NCBI GenBank assembly: GCA_965207915.1
Contig: OZ242304.1
Location: forward strand, 92,524 to 156,523
Length of the DNA stretch: 64,000 nucleotides
Direction: 5' to 3'
DNA from: Chloroflexota bacterium
GTDB lineage: Bacteria; Chloroflexota; UBA11872; VXNJ01
Every line of letters starts with the position of its first letter. The first letter of the stretch is position 1. A model generated the notes under the pieces. It did not search any database and was not told where the DNA came from. It was given only the letters and a program-made list of their open reading frames with translations. Below are positions 26,503 through 35,462 of the stretch, one piece after another. The position numbers and the translations under genes are program-made.

Positions 26503-27787
26503 ATGGACGCGCGGAATCCATTCAATTTCCGGCACCGAGTCGTCGCGTGGCCTGCCCGCCGCACAATCGCCTTGATCAAAGCAACGTTTTCGGTTCCCCG
26601 GCCGGCCGGCCGCCGGCTTGGCGTCCGCGTGGCGGCGCTGGCGCTGCTACTGGCGGCGTTGGGGGCCTGCGAACCGGGTGCGGCCGAGTCTTCGGCTTTC
26701 CGGATCGGCGTGATGGAATCACTGACCGGCGCCGGCGAAACCTATGGAACGGTGGCGATCCAGTCCAAGACAATCGCGCTGGAAGAGATCAACGCCGCCG
26801 GCGGCATCAACGGGCGCCCGCTGGAACTGGTGGTCGAGGACTCCAAGTGCAACGCCCAGGACGCGATAAACGCCTACAACAAGCTCACCGATGTCGAGGA
26901 CGTGCGGATCATCCTTGGCACCTCGTGCAGCGGCGCCATGCTGGGCGTTGCGCCGCTGGCCGAGCGCGACGGCGTGATCCTGTTCTCTGGCTTGGCATCC
27001 AACCCCGACATCGCCAACGCCGGCGACTACATATTCCGGACCCAGATCAGCGATATCGAAGTCGGCGAAAGCACGGGAGACATCCTTTGGTCGGATGGCA
27101 TCCGCCGGCTCGCGATGATTTCCGAGGAGACCGACTACGCTGCGGGAATCCGCCGGGTTACGGGGGGGGCGGTTCGAGCAGAACGGCGGCAGCATCGTGG
27201 CCTCCGAACGGTTCGGATCGGACACGACCGACTTCAGGACCCAGTTGACCAAGTTGTTCGATTCCGAGCCGGACGCCCTGCACGTTTCCCCGCAGGGGGA
27301 GTTCTCCGGAAGCACCATCATCAAGCAGGCCCGCGAACTGGGTTTTGCCGGGCCGATCTACGCCGAAACGGTTGCGGTCGGGGCCACCGCGCTTGAAATC
27401 GCCGGCGATGCGGCGACCGGGGTCAAGGCCATCACCGCGGCCCCCGACCCGGAAAACGAGCTGGCTCAGGACCTGCTGGCCCGGTTTCGAGACCGCTATG
27501 AATACGTGACCCTGCCCTGGCACCTCGGGTCGGCCTACGACACCGTGCACATCGCCGCCGAGTGCTTGCGCCGGACTGGCGACGATCAGGACGCCGACGG
27601 GTTTCGCGATTGCCTCTACGAAATCACCTGGAGCGGCGCGATCGGCGACGGCTACAGCTTCGATTCCGACGGCGAAGTAGTGGGGCTTTCGCGCAGCGTG
27701 GTCGAAGTCCTGCCGCCCGGCGAGCGCACCCCCGAAAACTATGGATACCGGGTTCTGGGCAGCGCGGCGAAACTGGCGGCGGCCTAG
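26503..27787 (+). pseudogene. LivJ/LivK-type (type 1 periplasmic binding fold) ABC substrate-binding lipoprotein, frameshifted
   Basis: ATG 26503 preceded by GGAGGG; signal peptide with lipobox LGAC. FRIGVMESLTGAGETYG..INAAGGINGRPLELVVED is in frame 1. The C-terminal half (ASERFGSDTTDFRTQLTKL...) is in the next frame. The frames switch at the G8 run at 27162-27169. Confidence 0.8.
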
Positions 27788-27850
27788 CATTGCGGCAATT
27801 CCGGTCACCGCGCCGCCTGCCCCGATCCGCCCTCACATGGGCACCCGAAC

Positions 27851-27879
27851 TTGACACTGACTTCAGGCGTCAATAAGCT
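27851..27879 (+). promoter_or_regulatory. sigma70-like promoter candidate for the DUF1800/DUF1501/NHL genes
   Basis: TTGACA (27851-27856), a 17-nt spacer, then TAAGCT (27874-27879). It sits inside a locally AT-rich island, 39 nt upstream of the GTG at 27918 (GAGGA SD at 27907-27911). Confidence 0.4.
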
Positions 27880-27917
27880 TTTTTAACCTGTCGAAAGACA
27901 CTTTCTGAGGATGTGCG

Positions 27918-29324
27918 GTGTCGAGTAGCGATGTCGCGCTGCTAGCGCACCTGATGCGGCGCGCCGGATTCGGGGCGACACGGTCCGAGCTGGCGGAACT
28001 AGCCGACCGCGGGTACGAAGCCGTGGTGGAAGACCTGGTCAACCCCGAGCGTTTTCCGGACATCGAGGACGACGTCCTCAAGCGCTACTATCCCAACCTG
28101 CGAAGCTGGGAGTCGATCTCGACCTTCGGCGGGGCCTGGATGTACCGGATGATCAACACCCGGCGGCCGCTGCAGGAGAAGATGGCGCTCTTCTGGCACC
28201 ACGTATTCGCCACCGGCTGGCACAAGAACGAATTCGTCCCCGCCATGGTCGAACAGATCAACACCTTCCGCGACAACGGGCTCGGCCGATTCGACCAGAT
28301 CCTGCTGGACCTCTCGCGCGACCCGGCCATGATCGACTGGCTTGACAACCAGGAAAACCACAACGGCGCCATCAACGAGAACTACGGGCGCGAACTGCTC
28401 GAACTTTTCTCGATGGGTGTCGGCAACTACACCGAAACCGACATCAAAGAGGCCTCGCGGGCGTTCACCGGCTGGACTTTCGAGCAGCCGATTCCCCTCT
28501 ATCCCTACGGACACTACCCCACCCGGTTCGTCTACCGCGCGGACGATCACGATGACGGCGAAAAGACCTTCCTCGGCCACACCGGACGGTTCAACGGGCA
28601 AGACATAATTGCCATCATCGTCCGCCAGCCGGCCACCGCCCGGTTCATTTGCCGGCACCTTTACAACTTCTTCGTGGCCGACGAGCCGCAGGTACCGGCC
28701 TGGCAAACCGTGCCGCCCCAGGACCCGGAGGCGATGGCGATGCTGACCGACGCGTTCGAGGTTTCCGGCGGGGACATCCGGTCGGTCATGCGGGTGCTGC
28801 TCAATTCGGACTTCTTCAAGCAGGCCCGGCAACGCAAGGTCAAGAGTCCGATCGAATACGTCGTCGGCACCGCCCGTCTGGCCGGCGATCAACGCTTTCC
28901 CGAACCCGGGTTGCTCGATCTGGTTGACTCGGCCGCGGTCATGGGTCAGTGGGTGTTGAACCCTCCGACCGTTGAAGGCTGGCATACCGGCAAGGAGTGG
29001 ATAGACGGCGGGACTTTAAGCGAACGCGTCAACTTTGCCGCCGACCTGATGTCGGACGCCTCGCGGCCCGGCGTTCGCGAGGTCGTCGAGGTCGTGTGCA
29101 ACCACGGCTCCGCCCCCAGTTCGGTCAGCGCACAGGAGTTCGTCGACCGCTGCCTGGACGGGGTAGGCGCGCTTGAGGTGAGCGACGATACCCGCGCCGC
29201 GCTGTTGCGCCATGCTGAATCCGGCGGCGGACTGGACACCGGCAAAGGCAACGGCGAATCCACCGAAAAGGTTGCGGCCATGCTGCGCCTGATCGTCTCA
29301 TCCATGGAATACCAATTTGCTTAA
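27918..29324 (+). CDS. DUF1800 domain-containing protein
   Basis: HLMRRAGFGATRSEL, RPLQEKMALFWHHVFAT and NENYGRELLELFSMGVGNYTE are typical of DUF1800. No N-terminal signal sequence is visible. Confidence 0.85.
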   Translation: MSSSDVALLAHLMRRAGFGATRSELAELADRGYEAVVEDLVNPERFPDIEDDVLKRYYPNLRSWESISTFGGAWMYRMINTRRPLQEKMALFWHHVFATGWHKNEFVPAMVEQINTFRDNGLGRFDQILLDLSRDPAMIDWLDNQENHNGAINENYGRELLELFSMGVGNYTETDIKEASRAFTGWTFEQPIPLYPYGHYPTRFVYRADDHDDGEKTFLGHTGRFNGQDIIAIIVRQPATARFICRHLYNFFVADEPQVPAWQTVPPQDPEAMAMLTDAFEVSGGDIRSVMRVLLNSDFFKQARQRKVKSPIEYVVGTARLAGDQRFPEPGLLDLVDSAAVMGQWVLNPPTVEGWHTGKEWIDGGTLSERVNFAADLMSDASRPGVREVVEVVCNHGSAPSSVSAQEFVDRCLDGVGALEVSDDTRAALLRHAESGGGLDTGKGNGESTEKVAAMLRLIVSSMEYQFA

Positions 29325-29419
29325 ACGCCCGCCGACCAGCGCACGGCCAGCCTCGCTGCGGGGCAGGCTTTGAGTACTTGGAATTGAAAACCTTGAGGAA
29401 ACCCAGGAGATAACGCGTC

Positions 29420-30583
29420 GTGGCAGCCAACGGGAAACCGCCGGTACTGGTGGTCTTGCAGCTAACCGGAGGAAACGACTTCATGAACTCGGTCGTTCCC
29501 TACAACAGCCCGGTCTACTACGATGCCCGCCAGAGCTTGGCGATTGCCCAGGAAGAAGTCCTGCCCATCGACGGCGAACTCGGGTTTCATCCCAATCTGG
29601 CCTCGCTCAAGGAGCTTTACGACGAGGGCACGGTCGCGATCGTACAGGGGGTCGGCTACCAAAACTCGTCCCGCTCGCATTTCCGCGCGATGGACATAAT
29701 GCACACCTGCGAGCCGGAGATCGTCGGCACCGAGGGCTGGGTCGGCCGGGCCACCCGACAGCTGGACCCGGAACGCGAATCGGTGCTGACCACCGTGAAC
29801 ATCGGTCGCGGCATGCCTCGGGCGCTGGCCTGTCCGGGAGTCCCGATCACCTCGGTCGGCGACCTGGACAGCTACGGTTTGATGTCCGGGATTTCGGCCC
29901 TTGAGCAGCGCTCGCAGGCGCTGACCCGATTCCAGGAAATGTACGCTCCGGCGATCGGCTCCGGGCCGGTGGCCGACTACATCGCCCGCACCGGTTTGGA
30001 CGTTATCAAGGGGGCCGAGATTCTCAAGGCCGCGCCAGCCGCGTATCAATCGCGGGTCACTTACGCCGAAAACGCGATCGCCCAGAGCCTGCGCGACGTG
30101 GCGCGCGTGCACCTGGCCGGTCTGGGCACCAGGATCTTCTATGCCCAGCACGGCGGCTACGACACCCACGCGATCCAGAACCCGACCCATCCCCGGCTGC
30201 TGTCGGAACTATCCGGCGCGATCCGGGACTTCTTCCAGGACCTGCGCGACCACGATGCCGATGACGAAGTCGCGATGCTGGTCTTTACCGAATTCGGCCG
30301 CCGCATGCGCGGCAACGGGAGCGGCACCGACCACGGCTCCGGCGGCGGCGCTTTCATCATCGGCAAAAACGTCAACGGCGGCCTTTACTGCGAATACCCG
30401 TCGCTGAACCCCAACGACTGGCTCAACGGCGAAGACCTGCGCCACACGGTTGACTTCCGCAGCGTCTACTCGGTGATGCTCGAGAAGTGGATGAAGATGG
30501 ACCCCACCGACATCGTCGGCGGCAGCTACGAGCAATTCCAGCCCTTCAAGCAGGCCGGCTCGACGGCCGCCGCTTCCGCCTGA
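29420..30583 (+). CDS. DUF1501 domain-containing protein (alkaline-phosphatase/sulfatase-like fold)
   Basis: LQLTGGNDFMNSVVPY, SRSHFRAMD, HGGYDTH, TEFGRR and GTDHGSGG are typical of DUF1501. An in-frame TAA 9 nt upstream of the GTG start excludes a Tat/Sec leader. Confidence 0.85.
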   Translation: MAANGKPPVLVVLQLTGGNDFMNSVVPYNSPVYYDARQSLAIAQEEVLPIDGELGFHPNLASLKELYDEGTVAIVQGVGYQNSSRSHFRAMDIMHTCEPEIVGTEGWVGRATRQLDPERESVLTTVNIGRGMPRALACPGVPITSVGDLDSYGLMSGISALEQRSQALTRFQEMYAPAIGSGPVADYIARTGLDVIKGAEILKAAPAAYQSRVTYAENAIAQSLRDVARVHLAGLGTRIFYAQHGGYDTHAIQNPTHPRLLSELSGAIRDFFQDLRDHDADDEVAMLVFTEFGRRMRGNGSGTDHGSGGGAFIIGKNVNGGLYCEYPSLNPNDWLNGEDLRHTVDFRSVYSVMLEKWMKMDPTDIVGGSYEQFQPFKQAGSTAAASA

Positions 30584-30606
30584 GCGGCCGGCAGACGGGC
30601 AGGTAA

Positions 30607-31620
30607 ATGGGCAGACCACACGCGCTCTTCAGGACCGGCTTTCCTTACCTGAAGACCATCGGCATGCGCCGGGTTACAAGTTACGCGATCGACGTTGCCG
30701 TAACCGACGATGACCGTCTATTCGTTCTTTGCCGTGGCGACACGACCGCCGAGGTCAGGCGCACCGACATGGACGACGTCGACCACGGCTCTTTCGGCGG
30801 AAGAGGCACGGCCGAGGGCAAGTTCACCTGGCCGGCTTCGCTGGCAGTCGGGCCCGACGGAAACCTTTACATCTCCGACGAGGCCTTGAACCGCATCTCG
30901 ATCTTCTCGCTGGACGGGGAGTTCATTTCCTGCTGGGGTTCACCCGGCAGCGGCGAGGGCCAGCTCGATCGGCCTTCGGGGTTGCGGTTCGACGGCGACG
31001 GCGACCTCTACCTGTCCGACACGATGAATCACCGGGTCCAAAAGTTCTCCAAAGACGGGGAATTCCTGCAGAGTTGGGGATCCCACGGCGACGGCGACGG
31101 CGAACTGAACATGCCCTGGGGCGTGGACATTGACGAGCTTGGCGCGGTGTACGTGTCCGACTGGCGCAACGACCGGATCCAGAAATTCGGGCCGGACGGT
31201 CAATTTGAATTTGCGGTCGGGACGTCCGGGAACGGGCGCGGCCAATTCGACCGCCCGACCGGAATTGCGGTCGACGGCGACGGCGACATATACGTGTCCG
31301 ATTGGGGCAACGACCGCGTCCAGCAATTCGCCGCCGACGGCAGGTACCTGGACACCTTCATCGGTGACGCCACGATGTCCAAGTGCGGGATCGACTACGT
31401 GCTGGCCAATCCGGTACCACTGCGGCTGCGCGAGATGACATCGCTCGAGCCGCAGAAGCGGTTCCGCGGGCCGCTGGGGCTGGCGACCGACGAACGGAAA
31501 CGATTGTTCGTAGCCGACTACGGCGCGTTCCGAGTCCAGATCTACCAGAAGCAGGCGATCGAGCTGAGCGCAGACCAGATCGCCCCCGAGCGCCAGTCGC
31601 CGAGCCTCTCGGTCACTTAA
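30607..31620 (+). CDS. NHL repeat-containing protein (six-bladed beta-propeller)
   Basis: Six repeats of the type G.G.GQFDRPTGIAVDGDGDIYVSDWGNDRVQQF. No signal peptide. The start lies 23 nt after the DUF1501 stop. Confidence 0.85.
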   Translation: MGRPHALFRTGFPYLKTIGMRRVTSYAIDVAVTDDDRLFVLCRGDTTAEVRRTDMDDVDHGSFGGRGTAEGKFTWPASLAVGPDGNLYISDEALNRISIFSLDGEFISCWGSPGSGEGQLDRPSGLRFDGDGDLYLSDTMNHRVQKFSKDGEFLQSWGSHGDGDGELNMPWGVDIDELGAVYVSDWRNDRIQKFGPDGQFEFAVGTSGNGRGQFDRPTGIAVDGDGDIYVSDWGNDRVQQFAADGRYLDTFIGDATMSKCGIDYVLANPVPLRLREMTSLEPQKRFRGPLGLATDERKRLFVADYGAFRVQIYQKQAIELSADQIAPERQSPSLSVT

Positions 31621-31760
31621 TAGCCGGCCGAAAGGTCGCCACCAGGCCGCATGCATGTGTGCCACCGGGCGGCACGTTTCGGCGCCTAAGCGCGCGGCAA
31701 TAATTGCGGCGAATTGCCGGAATGCCTTCCGATCGAATCTCTCCCCGGCCGGACAAATCA

Positions 31761-33077
31761 ATGCCTACGCGTCTCGAGCGATACACCCGGTCCCAACAGC
31801 TGTTTGAAGCCGCCCAGGACCTGGTGGCCGGCGGGATATCAAGTCAGCTGCGCCGCCAGGAACGCCCGGTCCCGCTCTTCTTCGATCGCGCCAAGGAAGG
31901 GCGGATGTGGGATGTCGACGGGAACGAATACGTCGATTTCGTCCAGGGAATGGGGCCGAACCTGTTCGGTCACTCCCCTGGATTTGTCACCGACGCGGTC
32001 GCAAAAGCCATCCGACGCGGGGTGGTGTACACCGGCCAGTTCGAGCGCGAATTGGAGGTCGCCGAAATGGTTCGCCGCGCGGTGCCCCTTAAGGGGCCGG
32101 TGCGTTTCGCCAGTTCGGGGACCGAGATCCTGCAGCTGGTCATCCGCCTGGCCCGCGGCTATACCGGGCGCGACAAGTTCGTGAAGTTCGAGGGCCATTA
32201 CCACGGCTGGGCCGATTCGGTCAGCTACAGCTACCATCCGCCGCTGGCCGTGGCCGGGTCAGAAGCGGCTCCGACTCCGGTTGCCGACTCCGCTGGAATG
32301 GATCCGGCCACCAGCGAGAACATCGTCGTCTGTCCCTGGAACGACACCGCCGCGCTGTCGCGGGCATTTGCCGACAACCCCGGCCAGATCGCCGGGGTCG
32401 TGATGGAGCCGTTCCTGCTGAACACCAACTTCGCCCCGCCGCGCGAAGGCTACTTGGAGGCGGCCCAGCGGGTGTGCGCGCGGGAAGGCGCGCTGCTGAT
32501 ATTCGACGAGGTGATAACCGGGTTCCGGGTGGCGCTTGGGGGCGCCCAGGAGCTGACCGGAATCACTCCCGATCTGGCGACTTACGCCAAGGCGATGGCC
32601 GGCGGTTTTCCGATCGCGATGCTGGTAGGTCGCCCCGACGTGATGGCCGTGCTCGGTGACGGCACCGTGAACCACGGCGGCAGCTTCAACTCGAACGTGG
32701 CCTCGATCGAAGCCGCCCACGCCAGCCTGTCGCACGTCATGGAGGACAGCGACCGCTTCTACGCGGACTTGAACCGGCGCGGGCAGGCGCTGATGGAGGG
32801 ACTAAAAGCCGCCGCCGCTCGTACCGGTGCCAATCTGCGGGTTGCCGGGTTCGGCTCGGTATTCTCGACCGCATTCACCGACCGGGCCCAGATCTTCAAT
32901 TACCGCGATCACGCGCGGCATTGCGATGAGGACAAATATCAGCGCTTCCGCAGTTCCCTATTGGATCGCGGCGTGCGCATAGCCCCAAACGGGCGCTGGC
33001 ACTTGGCCTCGACGCATACCGACGCCGACATCGAGCAGACTGTAGCGGCCGCCGATGAGTCCCTGCGCGCGCTTTGA
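31761..33077 (+). CDS. class-III (aspartate aminotransferase family) PLP aminotransferase, glutamate-1-semialdehyde aminomutase-like
   Basis: LIFDEVITGFRVALGGAQ, and TYAKAMAGGFPI (PLP Lys). Start taken at MPTRLERY (31761). Confidence 0.85.
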   Translation: MPTRLERYTRSQQLFEAAQDLVAGGISSQLRRQERPVPLFFDRAKEGRMWDVDGNEYVDFVQGMGPNLFGHSPGFVTDAVAKAIRRGVVYTGQFERELEVAEMVRRAVPLKGPVRFASSGTEILQLVIRLARGYTGRDKFVKFEGHYHGWADSVSYSYHPPLAVAGSEAAPTPVADSAGMDPATSENIVVCPWNDTAALSRAFADNPGQIAGVVMEPFLLNTNFAPPREGYLEAAQRVCAREGALLIFDEVITGFRVALGGAQELTGITPDLATYAKAMAGGFPIAMLVGRPDVMAVLGDGTVNHGGSFNSNVASIEAAHASLSHVMEDSDRFYADLNRRGQALMEGLKAAAARTGANLRVAGFGSVFSTAFTDRAQIFNYRDHARHCDEDKYQRFRSSLLDRGVRIAPNGRWHLASTHTDADIEQTVAAADESLRAL

Positions 33078-33096
33078 ATCCGTTCGGCGGAGGCGC

Positions 33097-34143
33097 CTAC
33101 CCGGCGATCGCGGCGCGGATGAACTCGTAGCGGCGCAGGTGCGACGCCTCGGTTGGCGGGGCCCCAAAATCATCGAAGGCGTGGGTAGCACCGGGATAGA
33201 TTGCGATTTCGGCCCGGTTGCCGGCCGCGATCCAGCGCGCATGCATGAACAGGCTGTCGTCCAGCAGCGGGTCGGCGGTGCCGCAGCTAAATAGCGCCGG
33301 CGGCAGATCGTGCAGCGATGCCCGCAATGGCGAGACATCCGGATCGGTGCGGTCGGCGGACCTGAAGTAGCCGCGCTGCATCATCTCCATCGACTCCGGC
33401 CGCAGCACCAGACTGTTTCGCCCGATGATCCGGCGCGAAGGGGTGCCCCCGGCGAACTCGTACGCACCATACATAAGGTCGGCTCCTGACCAGCCGGCAA
33501 ATCCATGCCGGTCGCGCAGGCGCAGCATCGTCACCGCGGACAGATTCGCTCCGGCCGATTCGCCGCCGATTAGCAGCCGCTCGGTGCCGAACCGCTCCGC
33601 CGAGTTCTCGATCAGCCAGAGGGCGGCGGCCTCGCAATCGTCCGGTGCCGCCGGGTAGGGGTTCTCGGGCGCGAGTCGGTAATCCACGCTCACCACCGCG
33701 ATGCTGCATTCCTGGGCGCGGCGCCAGTGGTTCTCGTCCTCTAGGTCGGCGCCGCCGAATACCCATCCGCCGCCGTGAATGTGAAGGTATACGGCGTCGC
33801 AGCGATCGGGTACAAAAACCCGCAGCGGGATCGGGCCGGCCGGCCCGGGGCAACTCTCGTCGACCCCAACTTCCAGCCGCCGCTGCGGGCTCTGCCAGGG
33901 ACTCCCCTCGCGGCGACGTCGCCGCAGGTAGGCAGGCGTGATTTCCTGGCCCGCCTCCTGGGCCATCAGGTCCTTCAGGCGGGAATTGAACGCACTCATT
34001 TCCGGGCTGATCGCCTCGGGGCGAAACTGGGCCGGGTCAATGCGCACTGGGTTTCCCTTCTCGCTGAGGGCCGATGTCGGTGTCGGAGCACGGACTGTCT
34101 GGGCGGAGTCGGTCCGGTTCGAGCCGTCCCGGATCGGTGTCAA
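33097..34143 (-). CDS. alpha/beta hydrolase (HSL-family esterase/lipase)
   Basis: HGGGW oxyanion motif, DYRLAPENPYP, and GESAGA nucleophile elbow. Confidence 0.85.
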   Translation of the reverse strand: MTPIRDGSNRTDSAQTVRAPTPTSALSEKGNPVRIDPAQFRPEAISPEMSAFNSRLKDLMAQEAGQEITPAYLRRRRREGSPWQSPQRRLEVGVDESCPGPAGPIPLRVFVPDRCDAVYLHIHGGGWVFGGADLEDENHWRRAQECSIAVVSVDYRLAPENPYPAAPDDCEAAALWLIENSAERFGTERLLIGGESAGANLSAVTMLRLRDRHGFAGWSGADLMYGAYEFAGGTPSRRIIGRNSLVLRPESMEMMQRGYFRSADRTDPDVSPLRASLHDLPPALFSCGTADPLLDDSLFMHARWIAAGNRAEIAIYPGATHAFDDFGAPPTEASHLRRYEFIRAAIAG

Positions 34144-34265
34144 TTTTCACCGGCGCCGACGCGCATGTCCGCCAAGTCAGCAAGTCGCGGTCGGAGTCCG
34201 GCCAATAATCGAGCCTGCGACGTGATACGCCCCCTTCCGGGGGCGCCGGGAGTTCAGCCGACCGC

Positions 34266-35354
34266 ATGCTGGAGATTGAGAGCGCCGTCCTCCACGGTTA
34301 CAACCAACCGATTGCGGTCGAAGGGCTGGAGCTGGGCGATCCCGGCCGCGGGGAGGTCCTGGTTGAACTCAAGGCCAGCGGCGTCTGCCACTCCGACTGG
34401 CACGTGATCAAGGGTGACTGGTCGGATGTTCCTCCGCCCGTGGTCCTGGGACACGAGGGAGCGGGCATCGTCAGGGCCATCGGCCGGGGAGTAAACAGCG
34501 TCCGCGAAGGCGATCACGTGATCCTCTCCTGGATGCCGAACTGCGGTCGCTGCGAGGCGTGCCAGCATGGGCATCCCAACGTTTGTTACGACCCGCCGCC
34601 AAGCACGGCTTCGGCCCGCTCACCGCTAACCGGCCAGGACGTGCCGTTCCTGTACGGGGTGGGCTCGATGTCGACGCATTCGCTCGTGAACGAAAACGTG
34701 GCCATACCTATCGACAAATCGATGCCCTTCGCGCAGGCCTCGCTCATCGGCTGCGGCGTCACGACCGGGGTCGGCGCTGTCATCAACACCGCCCGGGTTC
34801 GGCCGGGCTCGACGGTTGCGGTGTTCGGGGCCGGCGGCGTCGGCTTGTGCGTCGTGCAGGGCGCCGTGATAGCCGGAGCTGCCACGATCATCGCGGTCGA
34901 CCTGCTGGATGACAAGCTTGAGCGGGCCCGGCGAATGGGCGCCACCCATACCGTCAACGCCGGCGAATGCGACCCGGTCGAAGCGATCCGGGAACTGACC
35001 GGAGGCCTAGGGGCCCACTACGCGTTCGAAGCGATTGGCCTGGTCCCCGAACCGTTCGTCCAGGCGATACGTGCGACCAGGACCCGCGGCACGACTGTCT
35101 GGGTCGGCCATGCCCCGGAAAACACTCCGGTCACGCTGGACGCCCACGACCTGATGTTTGAGAAGACCGTGATCGGATCGATGTACGGCAGCGCCCGGCC
35201 GCGGATCGACTTCCCCCGGATGGTTGCTCTTTATCAAGCCGGCAGGTTGAACCTGGACGGATTGATCACCCGCAGCTTTCCCCTCGGCCGGGTCAACGAA
35301 GCCTTCCGGTTGTTGGCCGAGGGCAAGGTCGCACGCAGCGTCCTGACCCTTTAG
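34266..35354 (+). CDS. zinc-dependent alcohol dehydrogenase (class III / mycothiol-dependent formaldehyde DH-like)
   Basis: GVCHSDWH, GHEGAGIV, structural-zinc CGRCEACQHGHPNVC, and GAGGVGL NAD motif. Confidence 0.85.
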   Translation: MLEIESAVLHGYNQPIAVEGLELGDPGRGEVLVELKASGVCHSDWHVIKGDWSDVPPPVVLGHEGAGIVRAIGRGVNSVREGDHVILSWMPNCGRCEACQHGHPNVCYDPPPSTASARSPLTGQDVPFLYGVGSMSTHSLVNENVAIPIDKSMPFAQASLIGCGVTTGVGAVINTARVRPGSTVAVFGAGGVGLCVVQGAVIAGAATIIAVDLLDDKLERARRMGATHTVNAGECDPVEAIRELTGGLGAHYAFEAIGLVPEPFVQAIRATRTRGTTVWVGHAPENTPVTLDAHDLMFEKTVIGSMYGSARPRIDFPRMVALYQAGRLNLDGLITRSFPLGRVNEAFRLLAEGKVARSVLTL

Positions 35355-35462
35355 CAAACGCGGCCGCAAATGGACCCGGCACGAGGGGAAGAGGCCGACC
35401 CGACCGCATCCGGGGTGCAGCACTGGTCGAATCGATCACCGCGACCGAGCCGGTATCGGTGA

